A DNA stretch of 64,000 bases, from positions 512,001-576,000 of the forward strand of contig CAVSGO010000007.1 of assembly GCA_963727525.1 (NCBI GenBank). Direction: 5' to 3'. The number at the start of each line of letters is the position of its first letter. The stretch's first letter is position 1. Origin of the DNA: an uncultured bacterium (GTDB taxonomy: Bacteria; Krumholzibacteriota; Krumholzibacteriia; LZORAL124-64-63). The translations under genes were made by a program, and so were the position numbers. Positions 10,740 to 21,288 of this stretch are shown in pieces. The notes beneath the pieces are model-generated. The model was given only the letters and a program-made list of their open reading frames with translations. It was not told the DNA's origin and ran no database searches.

Positions 10740-13025
10740 ATGAGCTGGTGGCTGCGTGCGGTATCCCAGCCGCGCAAGCGTCGTGCGGGCAAGGGGAGCG
10801 GATTCGTTTTAAGCGCGTCGGCCCTTGTCGGCGCGCTCGAGGCCAATGAGAAGCGCCATCCCTGGCTATGGCCAGTGGTCGCAGCGGTCCTGGTGACGGC
10901 GCTGCACCTCGTGCTGTTCGCGCCCGTACCCCGGGCGACATCGTTCGGGTTCCCGGTGGCCGGCGGGATCGCGGAGGAGGACATCCGCGCACCCTTCCCG
11001 TTCACAGCGCAGCTCCTGCCACGTGACGTCGAGATGGTGCAGATCGAGAAGGTGCTGGTGGAGCCGCCGGTGCTGCGCCGGGTGGAGGGGCCGCGCGACC
11101 AGGGTGCGGCGTCGCGGCTGTCCGTATTCGGTGCGGCCCTGCGATCGGCCGCGGCGTTGCCGGCCACGGACACCAAGGAGAAAGTGAATCTCCTAGCCGC
11201 GCAGTTCCCATACCTCGACGACCGCGACCTCGAACGCGCCCTCGCCACACCGGATATGCCGCGGTTGCTGGCGGCCATGCAACGCACCGTCACGAGGGTC
11301 ATGCAGGACGGCGTGGCCGACATGCTGCCGCCGGGCAAGTACACGCGCGTGGTGGTGGCGGAACCCACGTCGGAAACGCTGCGCGACCTCTCCGAGGTGA
11401 CGCTGCAGAGCAGGCTGGTCGACCTGCTGCCGGCGAAGCTGCGACAGGAGGGGCTGGCGCCGACCGAGGCGGTATGGGCGGCGTCGCTCCTGCGACAGTT
11501 CACCACGCCCAACTTGATCTATGATCCGGACGAGACGCGTGCCAACCAGGAGCGTGCGCGGGCGTCCGTGTCGACGACCCAGGAGTTCGCGCGCGGCGAG
11601 CGCATCGTCAGCCAGGGCGAGCGCGTGACCGAGCAGGAGGCGGTTTTCCTCGACGCGTTGCGCGCCGCGCTCACCGCCAAGGGCGGTACGGCCAGCCTGG
11701 GCGTGCGCGTCCTGCGCGTGGTGAACCGGACGCTCCTGCTGGCGGTGCTGCTGGGGCTCTTCGGCTGGCTCGCGCGTAGTCATTTCCCCGTCACGTTGCT
11801 GCGCCTGCGCTTTCTGACCGCGCTCACGGCGATGCTCGCCGTGTTCCTGCTCGCTGCGGCTTTCGTGCTGGATCGGGCGGGTCTCGGCATCTTCACTGTC
11901 CCCATCGCCTTCCTCGCGCTCATCGCCACTGTCCTGTTCAAGGAGGGGGCGGGATACGGCATGACGCTCCTGGCCGTGGGGCTGCTTGGCCTGGTTCCGG
12001 AAACCGGCGTGCGCGAGTTGCTGGCGCTGTCCTGGCTGGGGTTGGTGACGGTGGTCGCGGTCCGGCGGATCCAAAAACGGAGCCAGTTCTACCAGATCGT
12101 CAGTCTCCTCTCGGTGCTCTCGGTGGTCTTGCTGGTGCTGGTACGCTGGTCGCAGGGCCACGCGCTCCTGCACCTCGGCGGCGAGTTCCTCGCGGCCGTA
12201 TTTACGCCGGGGCTATCGGTAGCCCTCGCGCTCTTCGTCCTGCCGCTGGTGGAACCGCTGGTCGGCGTGTCGAGCGATCTCACACTGCTCGAACTGTCCG
12301 ATCTCAATCACCCGCTGCTGCAGCGCATGGCCCTCGAGGCTCCAGGAACGTACCATCACAGTCAGGTCGTGAGCCAGCTCGCGGAACAGGCGGCCCGTGC
12401 CATCGACGCAAACGCGCTGCAAGTGCGTGTCGGCGCTCTTTTCCACGACATCGGCAAGATGCAGAAGTCCGAGTACTACGTCGAGAACCAGCGGGCCGGA
12501 TCACACAGCAACAAGCACGATGAGCTGAGCCCCAGCATGAGCGCCCTGATCATCGCGTCGCATGTCAAGGACGGCATCGAACTGGCGCGACGCTGGCGGC
12601 TGCCACAGGACGTGATCGACTTCATTCCGCAGCACCACGGGACTCAGGTGATGGAGTACTTCTACCACAAGGCGCTGGAAGGTGACGGCAATGAGACGGT
12701 GAAGGTGGACGATTTCCGCTATCCTGGCCCGAAGCCGCAGCGGCGCGAGACGGCCGTACTCATGCTGGCCGATGCCGTGGAAGCCGCCACGCGCTCGCTG
12801 CCGAAGCCGACGCCGAGTCGGATCAAGGAGATCACCAAGCAACTCTGCGACAAACGCATGCTCAGCGGCGAGCTGGACGAATGCAATCTGACTCTGAGCG
12901 ATCTCGCGCGGATTCGCGAGGCGTTCATCCCGCTACTGACGGGTATCCACCACGCTCGCATCGCCTATCCTGGTCAGAAGGAGAAGGAAGCCGAGCGCAA
13001 GCCGGAGAGGACGGCCGACGCGTGA
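10740..13025 (+). CDS. 7TM-HD (HDIG) phosphohydrolase, PgpH-like
   Basis: N-terminal TM, extracellular domain and a multi-TM block, followed by LLELSDLNHPLL, EAPGTYHHS, FHDIGKM, QHHGT, FRYPGPKPQ and MLADAVEAA. Sits between phoH and ybeY. Confidence 0.92.
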   Translation: MSWWLRAVSQPRKRRAGKGSGFVLSASALVGALEANEKRHPWLWPVVAAVLVTALHLVLFAPVPRATSFGFPVAGGIAEEDIRAPFPFTAQLLPRDVEMVQIEKVLVEPPVLRRVEGPRDQGAASRLSVFGAALRSAAALPATDTKEKVNLLAAQFPYLDDRDLERALATPDMPRLLAAMQRTVTRVMQDGVADMLPPGKYTRVVVAEPTSETLRDLSEVTLQSRLVDLLPAKLRQEGLAPTEAVWAASLLRQFTTPNLIYDPDETRANQERARASVSTTQEFARGERIVSQGERVTEQEAVFLDALRAALTAKGGTASLGVRVLRVVNRTLLLAVLLGLFGWLARSHFPVTLLRLRFLTALTAMLAVFLLAAAFVLDRAGLGIFTVPIAFLALIATVLFKEGAGYGMTLLAVGLLGLVPETGVRELLALSWLGLVTVVAVRRIQKRSQFYQIVSLLSVLSVVLLVLVRWSQGHALLHLGGEFLAAVFTPGLSVALALFVLPLVEPLVGVSSDLTLLELSDLNHPLLQRMALEAPGTYHHSQVVSQLAEQAARAIDANALQVRVGALFHDIGKMQKSEYYVENQRAGSHSNKHDELSPSMSALIIASHVKDGIELARRWRLPQDVIDFIPQHHGTQVMEYFYHKALEGDGNETVKVDDFRYPGPKPQRRETAVLMLADAVEAATRSLPKPTPSRIKEITKQLCDKRMLSGELDECNLTLSDLARIREAFIPLLTGIHHARIAYPGQKEKEAERKPERTADA

Positions 13026-13537
13026 AGTTGCGCCTCGTGGATCGCCGACAGGTCGTGACACCGCCGCCCGTGACCGTGGCACTGCTTGCGGATCTCGTGG
13101 CGCCGACGGGACGCGCGCAGTGGTGGCTCGACCTCGTGCTCGTCGACGACGAGGCGATGGTCGCGCTGAATCGCGAGTACTACGGCGGCGAGGGGCCGAC
13201 CGACGTGCTTTCGTTCAGCTACCTCGAAGCCGTGCTGCCCGACTCGGCGGCGCTGCGGCGAGGCGAAGGCGAGGCGGCCGTCGACCTGGATCTCGGCGAC
13301 GACGCCACGCTGCTGCTCGCGGGCGAGGTCGTCCTGGCCCCGCGTTACATTGCCGAACGCTGCGCGGAGATGGGCTGGGACCTGCCGCGGGAATGGGGGC
13401 TGCTCTTGGTGCACGGCGCTCTGCATGTGCTCGGCTGGGATCACGACGACGACGACGCGCGGGCGCGCATGCGCGCCCGGGAAGCCGCGCTGCTGGCCCG
13501 GCAGGGACTGCCGCACCCGCTGGCGGCGGAGGCATGA
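13022..13537 (+). CDS. ybeY: rRNA maturation endoribonuclease YbeY
   Basis: LNREY, PTDVLSF and HGALHVLGWDH (HxxxHxxGxDH). GTG start overlaps the upstream stop. Confidence 0.93.
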   Translation: MKLRLVDRRQVVTPPPVTVALLADLVAPTGRAQWWLDLVLVDDEAMVALNREYYGGEGPTDVLSFSYLEAVLPDSAALRRGEGEAAVDLDLGDDATLLLAGEVVLAPRYIAERCAEMGWDLPREWGLLLVHGALHVLGWDHDDDDARARMRAREAALLARQGLPHPLAAEA

Positions 13538-14889
13538 CGATCATACCGGCGAACCTGGCAGAAGCGACGAACCTGGCAACCCCGACGAGCCTGGGTACGG
13601 TGGGGCTGGCGGTGGGCGCCTACATCGGCGCAATGCTCATGGCGGGGTTGCTGACGGCCTATTTCCGCGTCAACGGTCTGCACCACAACGGCCTGCTCGA
13701 GGAGGAGCGGCTCGGCAAGGTGTTGCGGGAGTACCTGACGATCTCGCGGCGGTTCCAGATCACCGTTGCGAGCCTCTATCTCCTGTTCACGGTGCTCGGA
13801 CTGCAGGCGGCCGGTCGACTCTACGCCGCGGCCTGGGACGGGCCGTCGGGCTGGCGTTACTACGCGGTGTTCACGCTGCTGGCTCTGGTGGCCTGGACCT
13901 TCGGCGGCGTGCTCTTCAAGCTCATGGCGGCGGGAGTCGCGCTCGGCTACGCCAAGCTCGTCGGCGCGCTGATCTTTCCGCTCACCTGGCTGCTGCGGCC
14001 ATGGGCGGCGTTACTCCTGGGCGTGATGGACCGTCTCGACGACACGCTGTGGGTCGGCGAGGCACAACCGATGCTCTCCGAAGGCGAGATCCGCAGCCTC
14101 ATGCGCCGGGACGAGAACACGGTGGATCTCGATCCGGAAGAGCGCGAGATGATCCACAGCATCTTCGCGTTCCACGATACGGCGGTGCGCGAGATCATGG
14201 TGCCGCGTATCGATGTGGTCGTCTGCGACGTCACCACGCCGCTGGGCGACATCGTCGCCACCGTGAACGACTGTCAGCACTCGCGTATCCCGGTGTACGA
14301 GGGCAGCGTGGACCGCGTGGTCGGCATCCTCTATGCCAAGGATCTCCTCAGCCTCGTCCACGACGGACGCCTCGATCCTGCCGGGCGGACCCTGGCGGAC
14401 CTCGTCCGACCCGCCTATTTCGTACCCGAGAGCAAGAAGATCGACGAGGTGCTCGACGAGTTCCGGTCCAAGCGCATCCACATGGCCGTGGTGATCGACG
14501 AGTACGGCGGCACGGCCGGCCTGGTGACGCTAGAGGACGTGATCGAGGAGATCGTCGGGGAGATCGAGGACGAGTTCGACGAGGAGGAGCGCCTCTACGA
14601 GTGGCTCGATGCGCAGCGGTTGCGCGTGGACGCCAAGATCGACCTCGAGGATCTCGCCGACGTGCTCGGCCTACCGTTGAGCGAGGAAGACGACGAGATC
14701 GCGGAGACGCTCGGCGGCCTCATCTACGAGGCCGCCGGCAACGTGCCGGAACCCGGCGACCGCATCGATCTCGGGCATCTGCAGGTCACAGTGGAATCGG
14801 TGGCCGAGAACCGGATCCGCCAGGTCGTGCTCGAGGCAGCCGCGCCGCTGCCGGGGTACGCGCGACGGACCGAGGCCGGGGGCGATTGA
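13534..14889 (+). CDS. Hemolysin/CorC-family protein (DUF21 TM region, CBS pair, CorC_HlyC)
   Basis: TM N-terminus, VREIMVPRID, HSRIPVY, AYFVPESKK, AVVIDEYGGTAGLVTLEDVIEEIVGEIEDE. Confidence 0.92.
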   Translation: MTIIPANLAEATNLATPTSLGTVGLAVGAYIGAMLMAGLLTAYFRVNGLHHNGLLEEERLGKVLREYLTISRRFQITVASLYLLFTVLGLQAAGRLYAAAWDGPSGWRYYAVFTLLALVAWTFGGVLFKLMAAGVALGYAKLVGALIFPLTWLLRPWAALLLGVMDRLDDTLWVGEAQPMLSEGEIRSLMRRDENTVDLDPEEREMIHSIFAFHDTAVREIMVPRIDVVVCDVTTPLGDIVATVNDCQHSRIPVYEGSVDRVVGILYAKDLLSLVHDGRLDPAGRTLADLVRPAYFVPESKKIDEVLDEFRSKRIHMAVVIDEYGGTAGLVTLEDVIEEIVGEIEDEFDEEERLYEWLDAQRLRVDAKIDLEDLADVLGLPLSEEDDEIAETLGGLIYEAAGNVPEPGDRIDLGHLQVTVESVAENRIRQVVLEAAAPLPGYARRTEAGGD

Positions 14890-14892
14890 GCC

Positions 14893-15549
14893 ATGTGGAA
14901 GCGCCTGCAACGTCATTTCTTCACCGGCCTGCTCGCCCTGTCGCCGCTGGCCATCACGCTGTGGATCCTGGTCAAGTTCTACGAGCAGATCGACAACACG
15001 ATGCGCCCCTGGTTGCAGCGCATCCCGCACCTCACGGATATGTATCCGGACTTCTTCCTGACGATCATCGCCTTCTTCTGTTTTCTCGGGCTGATCGTCG
15101 CCGTCGGCATGCTGGCGCGCAACGTGGCCGGGCGCGCGTTCTTCTCGGCCGTCGAACAGGCCATGAATCGCATCCCCGTGGTCAAGAGCGTGTTCGCGGC
15201 GATCAAGCAGATCGCCGAGGTCTTCCTGTCGGATCGCCGCTCGGCGTTCCAGGAGGTCGTTCTCTTCGAGTATCCCCGGCCTGGCATCTACTCGCTGGGC
15301 TTCGTGACGCGTGACGATCCGGGGACGGAGCTTCTAAACGTCTTCCTGCCCACCACGCCGAATCCGACGAGCGGCTACCTGCTGATGATTCCGCGCCACC
15401 AGGCCGCGATCCTGTCGCTGACCGTGGAAGAGGGGATCCGACTCATCATCTCCGGTGGTTCGGTCATGAGTCCCACGCAGGCGCAGCTGGTCGGTCGCGA
15501 GGCCGGCGAGCTTCTGGGCGCCCCGCGCGCCTCGAAGGAGGTGCCGTGA
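14893..15549 (+). CDS. DUF502 family membrane protein
   Basis: FFTGLL, RIPVVKSVF..KQI, VLFEYPRPG, VFLPTTPNPTSGYL, IISGG. Confidence 0.9.
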   Translation: MWKRLQRHFFTGLLALSPLAITLWILVKFYEQIDNTMRPWLQRIPHLTDMYPDFFLTIIAFFCFLGLIVAVGMLARNVAGRAFFSAVEQAMNRIPVVKSVFAAIKQIAEVFLSDRRSAFQEVVLFEYPRPGIYSLGFVTRDDPGTELLNVFLPTTPNPTSGYLLMIPRHQAAILSLTVEEGIRLIISGGSVMSPTQAQLVGREAGELLGAPRASKEVP

Positions 15550-16997
15550 ACGAGAACACGCGCGACGAGAACGACCGAGACGGGAACGCGGCCGCGCGGG
15601 AGCCCGAACGGGTACTGGATCCGTCGAACCTCGAGGTCGAGCGGTATGTGGTGGCGCAGCAGTTCCAGGAGTACCTGGAGCATGCCGACGAGCCGGCCAT
15701 CGCCGAGCTGGCTCGCCGGCTGCAGCCGGGCGATCTGGCCGAGGTCCTGCGTCCGCTCACCGTCGAGGACACGGTGAAGATCCTGCGCCAGCTGACACCC
15801 GAACCGTTGGCCGAGGTGCTCAGCGAGATCGACAACCGGAGCCAGGCTGCCCTGTTCACCCTGCTCGATCATGACGAGATCGCGGACATCCTCGAGGAGA
15901 TGCCCTCCGATGACGCCACCGACCTGCTGGCCGAGATGGATAATGATCAGCAACGCCTCGTGCTCGCGGCCATGGAGGCCGACGAGCGTGACGACGTCGA
16001 GGAATTGCTGCGCTACGGTCCGGAGACGGCCGGCGGCATCATGGCCAAGGAGGTGCTCACCTGCCGCGAAGACCAGACCTGCGGCGAGGCCGTGGAGGTA
16101 CTGCGCACCTGGGAAGAGGACGAGCTGGAGGAGATGCACTTCGTCTTCGTGGTGGACGATCGGGAGCATCTCGTCGGCCGTCTGCCGCTGTTCCGGCTAC
16201 TCCTCGCCAAGCCGACCACGCTGGTGCGCCAGGCGATGGAGGTGGACCCGCTCTACGTCGATGTCGATCTCGACCAGGAAGAGGTCGCCCAGTACATCAT
16301 GACGCACGACCTGGTCAGCTTGCCGGTCGTGGATCATCGGCATCGCCTCGTGGGGCGCATCTCGGTGGATGACGTCATGGACGTCGTCGAGGAGGAGGCG
16401 ACCGAGGACATCTCGCGGATGGCCGGTGTCAGCGTGCAGGAATTCGGGGAGCAGTCGTCGCTGCGCATCGCGCGGTCGCGCATCCCGTGGCTCCTGGGTG
16501 CGCTGGCGGGCGAGATGGGGAGTATACTCGTGCTGCGCGGGTTCACGCATAGCCTCGAGGCGATGGTCGCACTCTCGTTCTTCATTCCCGCGATCATGGC
16601 GATGGGTGGCAACACCGGTATCCAGACCTCGAGCGTCGTGGTGCGAGGCCTGGCCACGGGCGAGGTGGGGTTCTATCAATTCGGACGCCATATCCTGAGG
16701 GAATTGCTCACTGCGCTGGTGACGGGTGCCTGTCTGGCGCTCTGTGTTGCGGGCATCTGCTGGGTGGTGGTCGGGAATCTCCACCTGGCGGCCGTACTGG
16801 CGCTGGCCATGATGTCGGTGGTCCTCATCGCCGCGCTCGTGGGGACGGGCATGCCGCTGCTGTTGCACCGTGCCGGCGTCGATCCCGCCGTGGCCACGGG
16901 GCCGTTCATCACCACGTTCAACGACGTGATCGGATTGCTCATCTATCTCAGCCTGGCGATGCTGCTCCTTGGCCTCGGTCACCAGGGTGCCGGATGA
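15546..16997 (+). CDS. mgtE: Magnesium transporter MgtE
   Basis: Acidic N domain, ETAGGIM, CBS pair, RIPWLL, FFIPAIMAMGGNTGIQ, DPAVATGPFITTFNDV. Confidence 0.96.
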   Translation: MNENTRDENDRDGNAAAREPERVLDPSNLEVERYVVAQQFQEYLEHADEPAIAELARRLQPGDLAEVLRPLTVEDTVKILRQLTPEPLAEVLSEIDNRSQAALFTLLDHDEIADILEEMPSDDATDLLAEMDNDQQRLVLAAMEADERDDVEELLRYGPETAGGIMAKEVLTCREDQTCGEAVEVLRTWEEDELEEMHFVFVVDDREHLVGRLPLFRLLLAKPTTLVRQAMEVDPLYVDVDLDQEEVAQYIMTHDLVSLPVVDHRHRLVGRISVDDVMDVVEEEATEDISRMAGVSVQEFGEQSSLRIARSRIPWLLGALAGEMGSILVLRGFTHSLEAMVALSFFIPAIMAMGGNTGIQTSSVVVRGLATGEVGFYQFGRHILRELLTALVTGACLALCVAGICWVVVGNLHLAAVLALAMMSVVLIAALVGTGMPLLLHRAGVDPAVATGPFITTFNDVIGLLIYLSLAMLLLGLGHQGAG

Positions 16998-17832
16998 GCC
17001 TGTTGCCGCAGCCTGCCGGAAGTGGGCGGGCTCTCGTCCTGCGCGCCTTCCCCACGGGTGAGACCAGCGTGATCGCCTCGCTCCTGACCGCCGAACACGG
17101 TCCGTTGCGGGTGGTGGCCAAGGGGGCCCGCCTGGGACGTTCGCGTCTGCAACCTCTCGTGCAGCCGGGGCGGCTGGTCGACATCGAATTTACGCTCACG
17201 CCCGGTCGCGAATTGCAGTACCTGCGCGCCGGCGATGTGCGGTTGGACCCGCTGGGCCTGGGCGCGACACTGGAACGGTCGGCCTATCTCCTGGCCGCGC
17301 TCGAGATCGTGGATCGGTGTCGTCCGGGGGAGATCCACGAGGCGGGGCTGTTCCAGCTTTGCGCCGAGTACGTGACGGTATTATCCTGCGCCGACGCGGG
17401 GCGGGAGGCGGCGCTGTTCTTCGCCTTCGAGCTGGCGCTGCTCGATCTGCACGGCATACGGCCCCATCTGGACGCGTGCGTCGAGTGCGGGGTATCGCGC
17501 GTGGCTGCCGGCGACGGCCCGACCTGGCTCGATTCCGCGGCCGGCGGGATGCTCTGCGGGGCGTGTCGCTCATGTGGCCATGGTGGTGGCAACCGGCTGC
17601 TGACGGAGGCGATGCTCGCTGCGTGGGCCGAACTCGGTGCGGCGCCGCAGCAATGGCCGTCGGCACTATCGCGGCCAGTGGCGCGGGAGTGGGGCATCGT
17701 ATTGCACCGATTCCTCGAGTACCACCTGCCGGGTTACCGGTTGCCTGCGGCGCTCGATCTCCTGAGAGCGGGCGCCGCCAGCGGGCGGTCGCCGCGAGAT
17801 CCGGATGATCCGGATGAGGAGGACCGGAGTTG

Positions 17833-17833
<1 letters not shown>
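16994..17833 (+). CDS. recO: DNA repair protein RecO
   Basis: [22 protein letters not shown], Zn-finger CVECG / CGAC, and the recO-glyQ gene order. Confidence 0.9.
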
Positions 17834-18709
<876 letters not shown>

Positions 18710-18723
<14 letters not shown>

Positions 18724-20902
18724 GCCCACCGCCGCGCGGGTGCCTCTGTTGCTGGAGATCGGATCGGAGGAGATCCCGGCCCGCTTCGTGCCCGACGCCA
18801 TGGCGTTCGTGGCGGAGCGCTGCGAGACGTTGCTCAACGAGGTCTATCTGGACCACGCCCCGTTGCGGGTGGTGGCCACGCCTCGGCGCCTTGCCGTGAT
18901 CTGCGACGCTGTGGCGACGTGCCAGCCGGACCGCGAGGTGGAACTGAAGGGGCCGCCGGTGAGTGTGGCCTTCGCGGCGAATGGCGCGCCGACCCGGGCG
19001 GGGGAGGCGTTCGCCAGCAAGGCGGGCATCCCTCTCGCCGATTGCGAGCGTGCCGTCGACAAGCGGGGCGAGTATCTCGTCGCGCGCATGCGTGTGGCGG
19101 GGCGTTCGACCGCGGAGGTGCTCGCGGAGGCGCTGCCGGGGGTGATCCTGGCGATCCCCTTCCGCAAGGTGATGCGCTGGGGTACCGGGACCATCGAGTA
19201 CGCCCGGCCCCTTCAGTGGATCGTGTGCCTGCTCGGGACCGCAGTCGTGGACTTCACCGTCGGCGACCTGGCCACCGGACGCGAGACACGCGGCCACCGG
19301 ACGCTTACCAGAGATCGGCGACGCGCCCTGGGCGCCGCGAGCGAGTATCTGCCGGCCATGGCCGAGCTCTCCGTGATCGTCGATCCCGCGGAGCGCCGCG
19401 GTCTGATCGAGGCTCAAGCGTCGGCGGCGATGGCCGCCCTTCCGGGGCCGGCGACCTGGCGGGCGGACGCCGAACTCATCGCTGAGGTCGTGCAACTCTG
19501 CGAGCATCCGACGGTATTCCGCGGCGATTACGCCGAGCACTACTTCGCCTTGCCGCGCGAGGTGATCGTGACCGCTCTCAAGGCGCACCAGCGATACTTC
19601 GCGGTGGAGGGGGCCGACGGATCGGCGCTGTTGCCGCACTTCCTGGCCGTGCGCGACGGAGGTGGCGAGCATCTGGACAAGGTCGTGGCCGGCAACGAGC
19701 GCGTGCTGCGCGCCCGCCTCGACGACGCCCTGTTCTACTGGCGTTTCGACCAGCAGAAGTCGCCGGACGAGCACACGCAGGGCCTGGCCACGGTCACGTG
19801 GCTCGAGGGTTTCGGCTCGGTGCTCGACAAGACGCACCGGGTGACGGACCTCGTCGCTTATCTCTGGGAGCGTGGTCTGGGCGATGGCGCGGCGGTGCCT
19901 GCAGCGCTGACGCGGGCGGCGACAATCGCCAAGTTCGACCTGGTCACCGAGATGATCAAGGACGGCAAGGAGTTCACGAAGCTCGAAGGTGTGATGGCCG
20001 CGCGGTACGCGGCGAAGGCGGGCGAGGATGCCGCCGTATGCCGGACCATCGAACGCTTCTATCTGCCAAGAGGGGCAGAGGGCGAACTCCCGGGCGACGG
20101 CCTCAGCAGCACCCTGTCCATCGCGGATCGTCTGGACACGCTGGCAGGATGCTGGCTAGCCGGGTTCGTGCCGACCGGCGCCAAGGATCCCTACGCTCTG
20201 CGGCGGCACACGCTCGCCATCATCCGCACGCTCCTGGACCGCGAGGCCCGGATCGATCTGCCCGCCGCGATCGCACGGGCACTGGCGCCCTATGCGTCTT
20301 TCGGGCCGAAGCGCGGGCTGGAAGAGGCGGCCGGGGAGATCGTGGATTTCGTCCGAGTGCGCCTCGAGGGTTTCGTCACGGAATCCCTGGGGGCGAATGC
20401 CCAGGTCGCGCGCGCGGTGCTGGGGGCCCGCCGTCTCGATCCCACGGACATCGCGGCCTGGATCCGCGCGCTGGAACGATTCCGTAACCGTGATGATTTT
20501 TTACTTCTGGCTACTGGCTTCAAGCGGTGCACGAACATCCTCGAGGGCCAGGCGTGGCCGCCGCACCTGCGGGCGGAGAGCCTCGAACGGTGGCGTGACG
20601 GCGGGCGGACGCCCGACGGTGGGGACTTCTCTGACCTGCCGGAACCGGAGGAGCGAGCGCTTACCGAGGCTGTGGCGGCGGCGGCAGCCGCGGTCGCAAC
20701 TGCCGAGACGGAAGGCGATTACGTGGCTGTGTTCGAACTGCTTTCGAGTCTCGGGCCGGCCATCGATCGCTTCTTCGAGAGCGTGCGAGTGAATGTCGAC
20801 GACGCGGTTCTGCGCGGGCGTCGCCACGATTTCCTGCGGGAGATCCATGCCGTTTTTTCGCGTTTCGCCGATTTTTCGTGGGTCGCGCCGGGAGAAGATT
20901 GA
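18710..20902 (+). CDS. glyS: Glycine--tRNA ligase beta subunit
   Basis: [58 protein letters not shown]. Confidence 0.97.
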
Positions 20903-20958
20903 CGTCACGGCCGTTCCTCTTGAGATCGGTTCGACATACTTTTTTTTCAGATATGGTA

Positions 20959-20987
20959 TTGACTCGCTCTGGCCCCTACTGTAAGGT
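20959..20987 (+). promoter_or_regulatory. Candidate sigma70 promoter for the large secreted protein
   Basis: TTGACT-17 nt-TAAGGT preceded by a T-rich UP-like tract around 20940-20947. Confidence 0.55.
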
Positions 20988-20993
20988 AATCCT

Positions 20994-21280
20994 GCGACTC
21001 ACTGGGCAAAGAGTTCCCGATCCTGTGAGTTACGCGGTCCTAACTTTCCGCTCGTTCGTGCCAATCACTTGACACCTAGTGCACACGACAAATGTGGTCC
21101 GCGAAATAACCATAAGGAGGTCTCTTCCGCGATTCGCGCCGTGGCCCCAGCCACCAAGCCCAAAGCCGGGAACGCTTTGTCTGACCATGACTCTAACCGA
21201 GGCTTGTCTTCGGGGGCTACGTAGCGGCGCGGGGAGAGTACGCCTAAAAACCATGTGTTGGCCCTTGGTCAACGATGGGG
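20994..21280 (+). ncRNA. Candidate structured 5' leader or ncRNA (family not recognised)
   Basis: Nested complementary segments: 21122-31/21228-38, 21140-48/21213-21, 21155-60/21201-06 and 21161-66/21174-79. Flanking hairpins at 20997-21030 and 21251-21278. Confidence 0.4.
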
Positions 21281-21288
21281 GGAAAAGC

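Noticed and set aside
21000-21050. GGGCAAA suggesting a c-di-GMP-I riboswitch
   Set aside because: Lacks the GAAA tetraloop stem and the GACGCAAAGC-type second element.
21120-21240. Long hairpin as 6S RNA or SRP RNA
   Set aside because: No SRP GGAA/AGCAG loop motif, and it is too short and lacks the 6S central-bubble signatures I could recognise. Kept as an unclassified structure.
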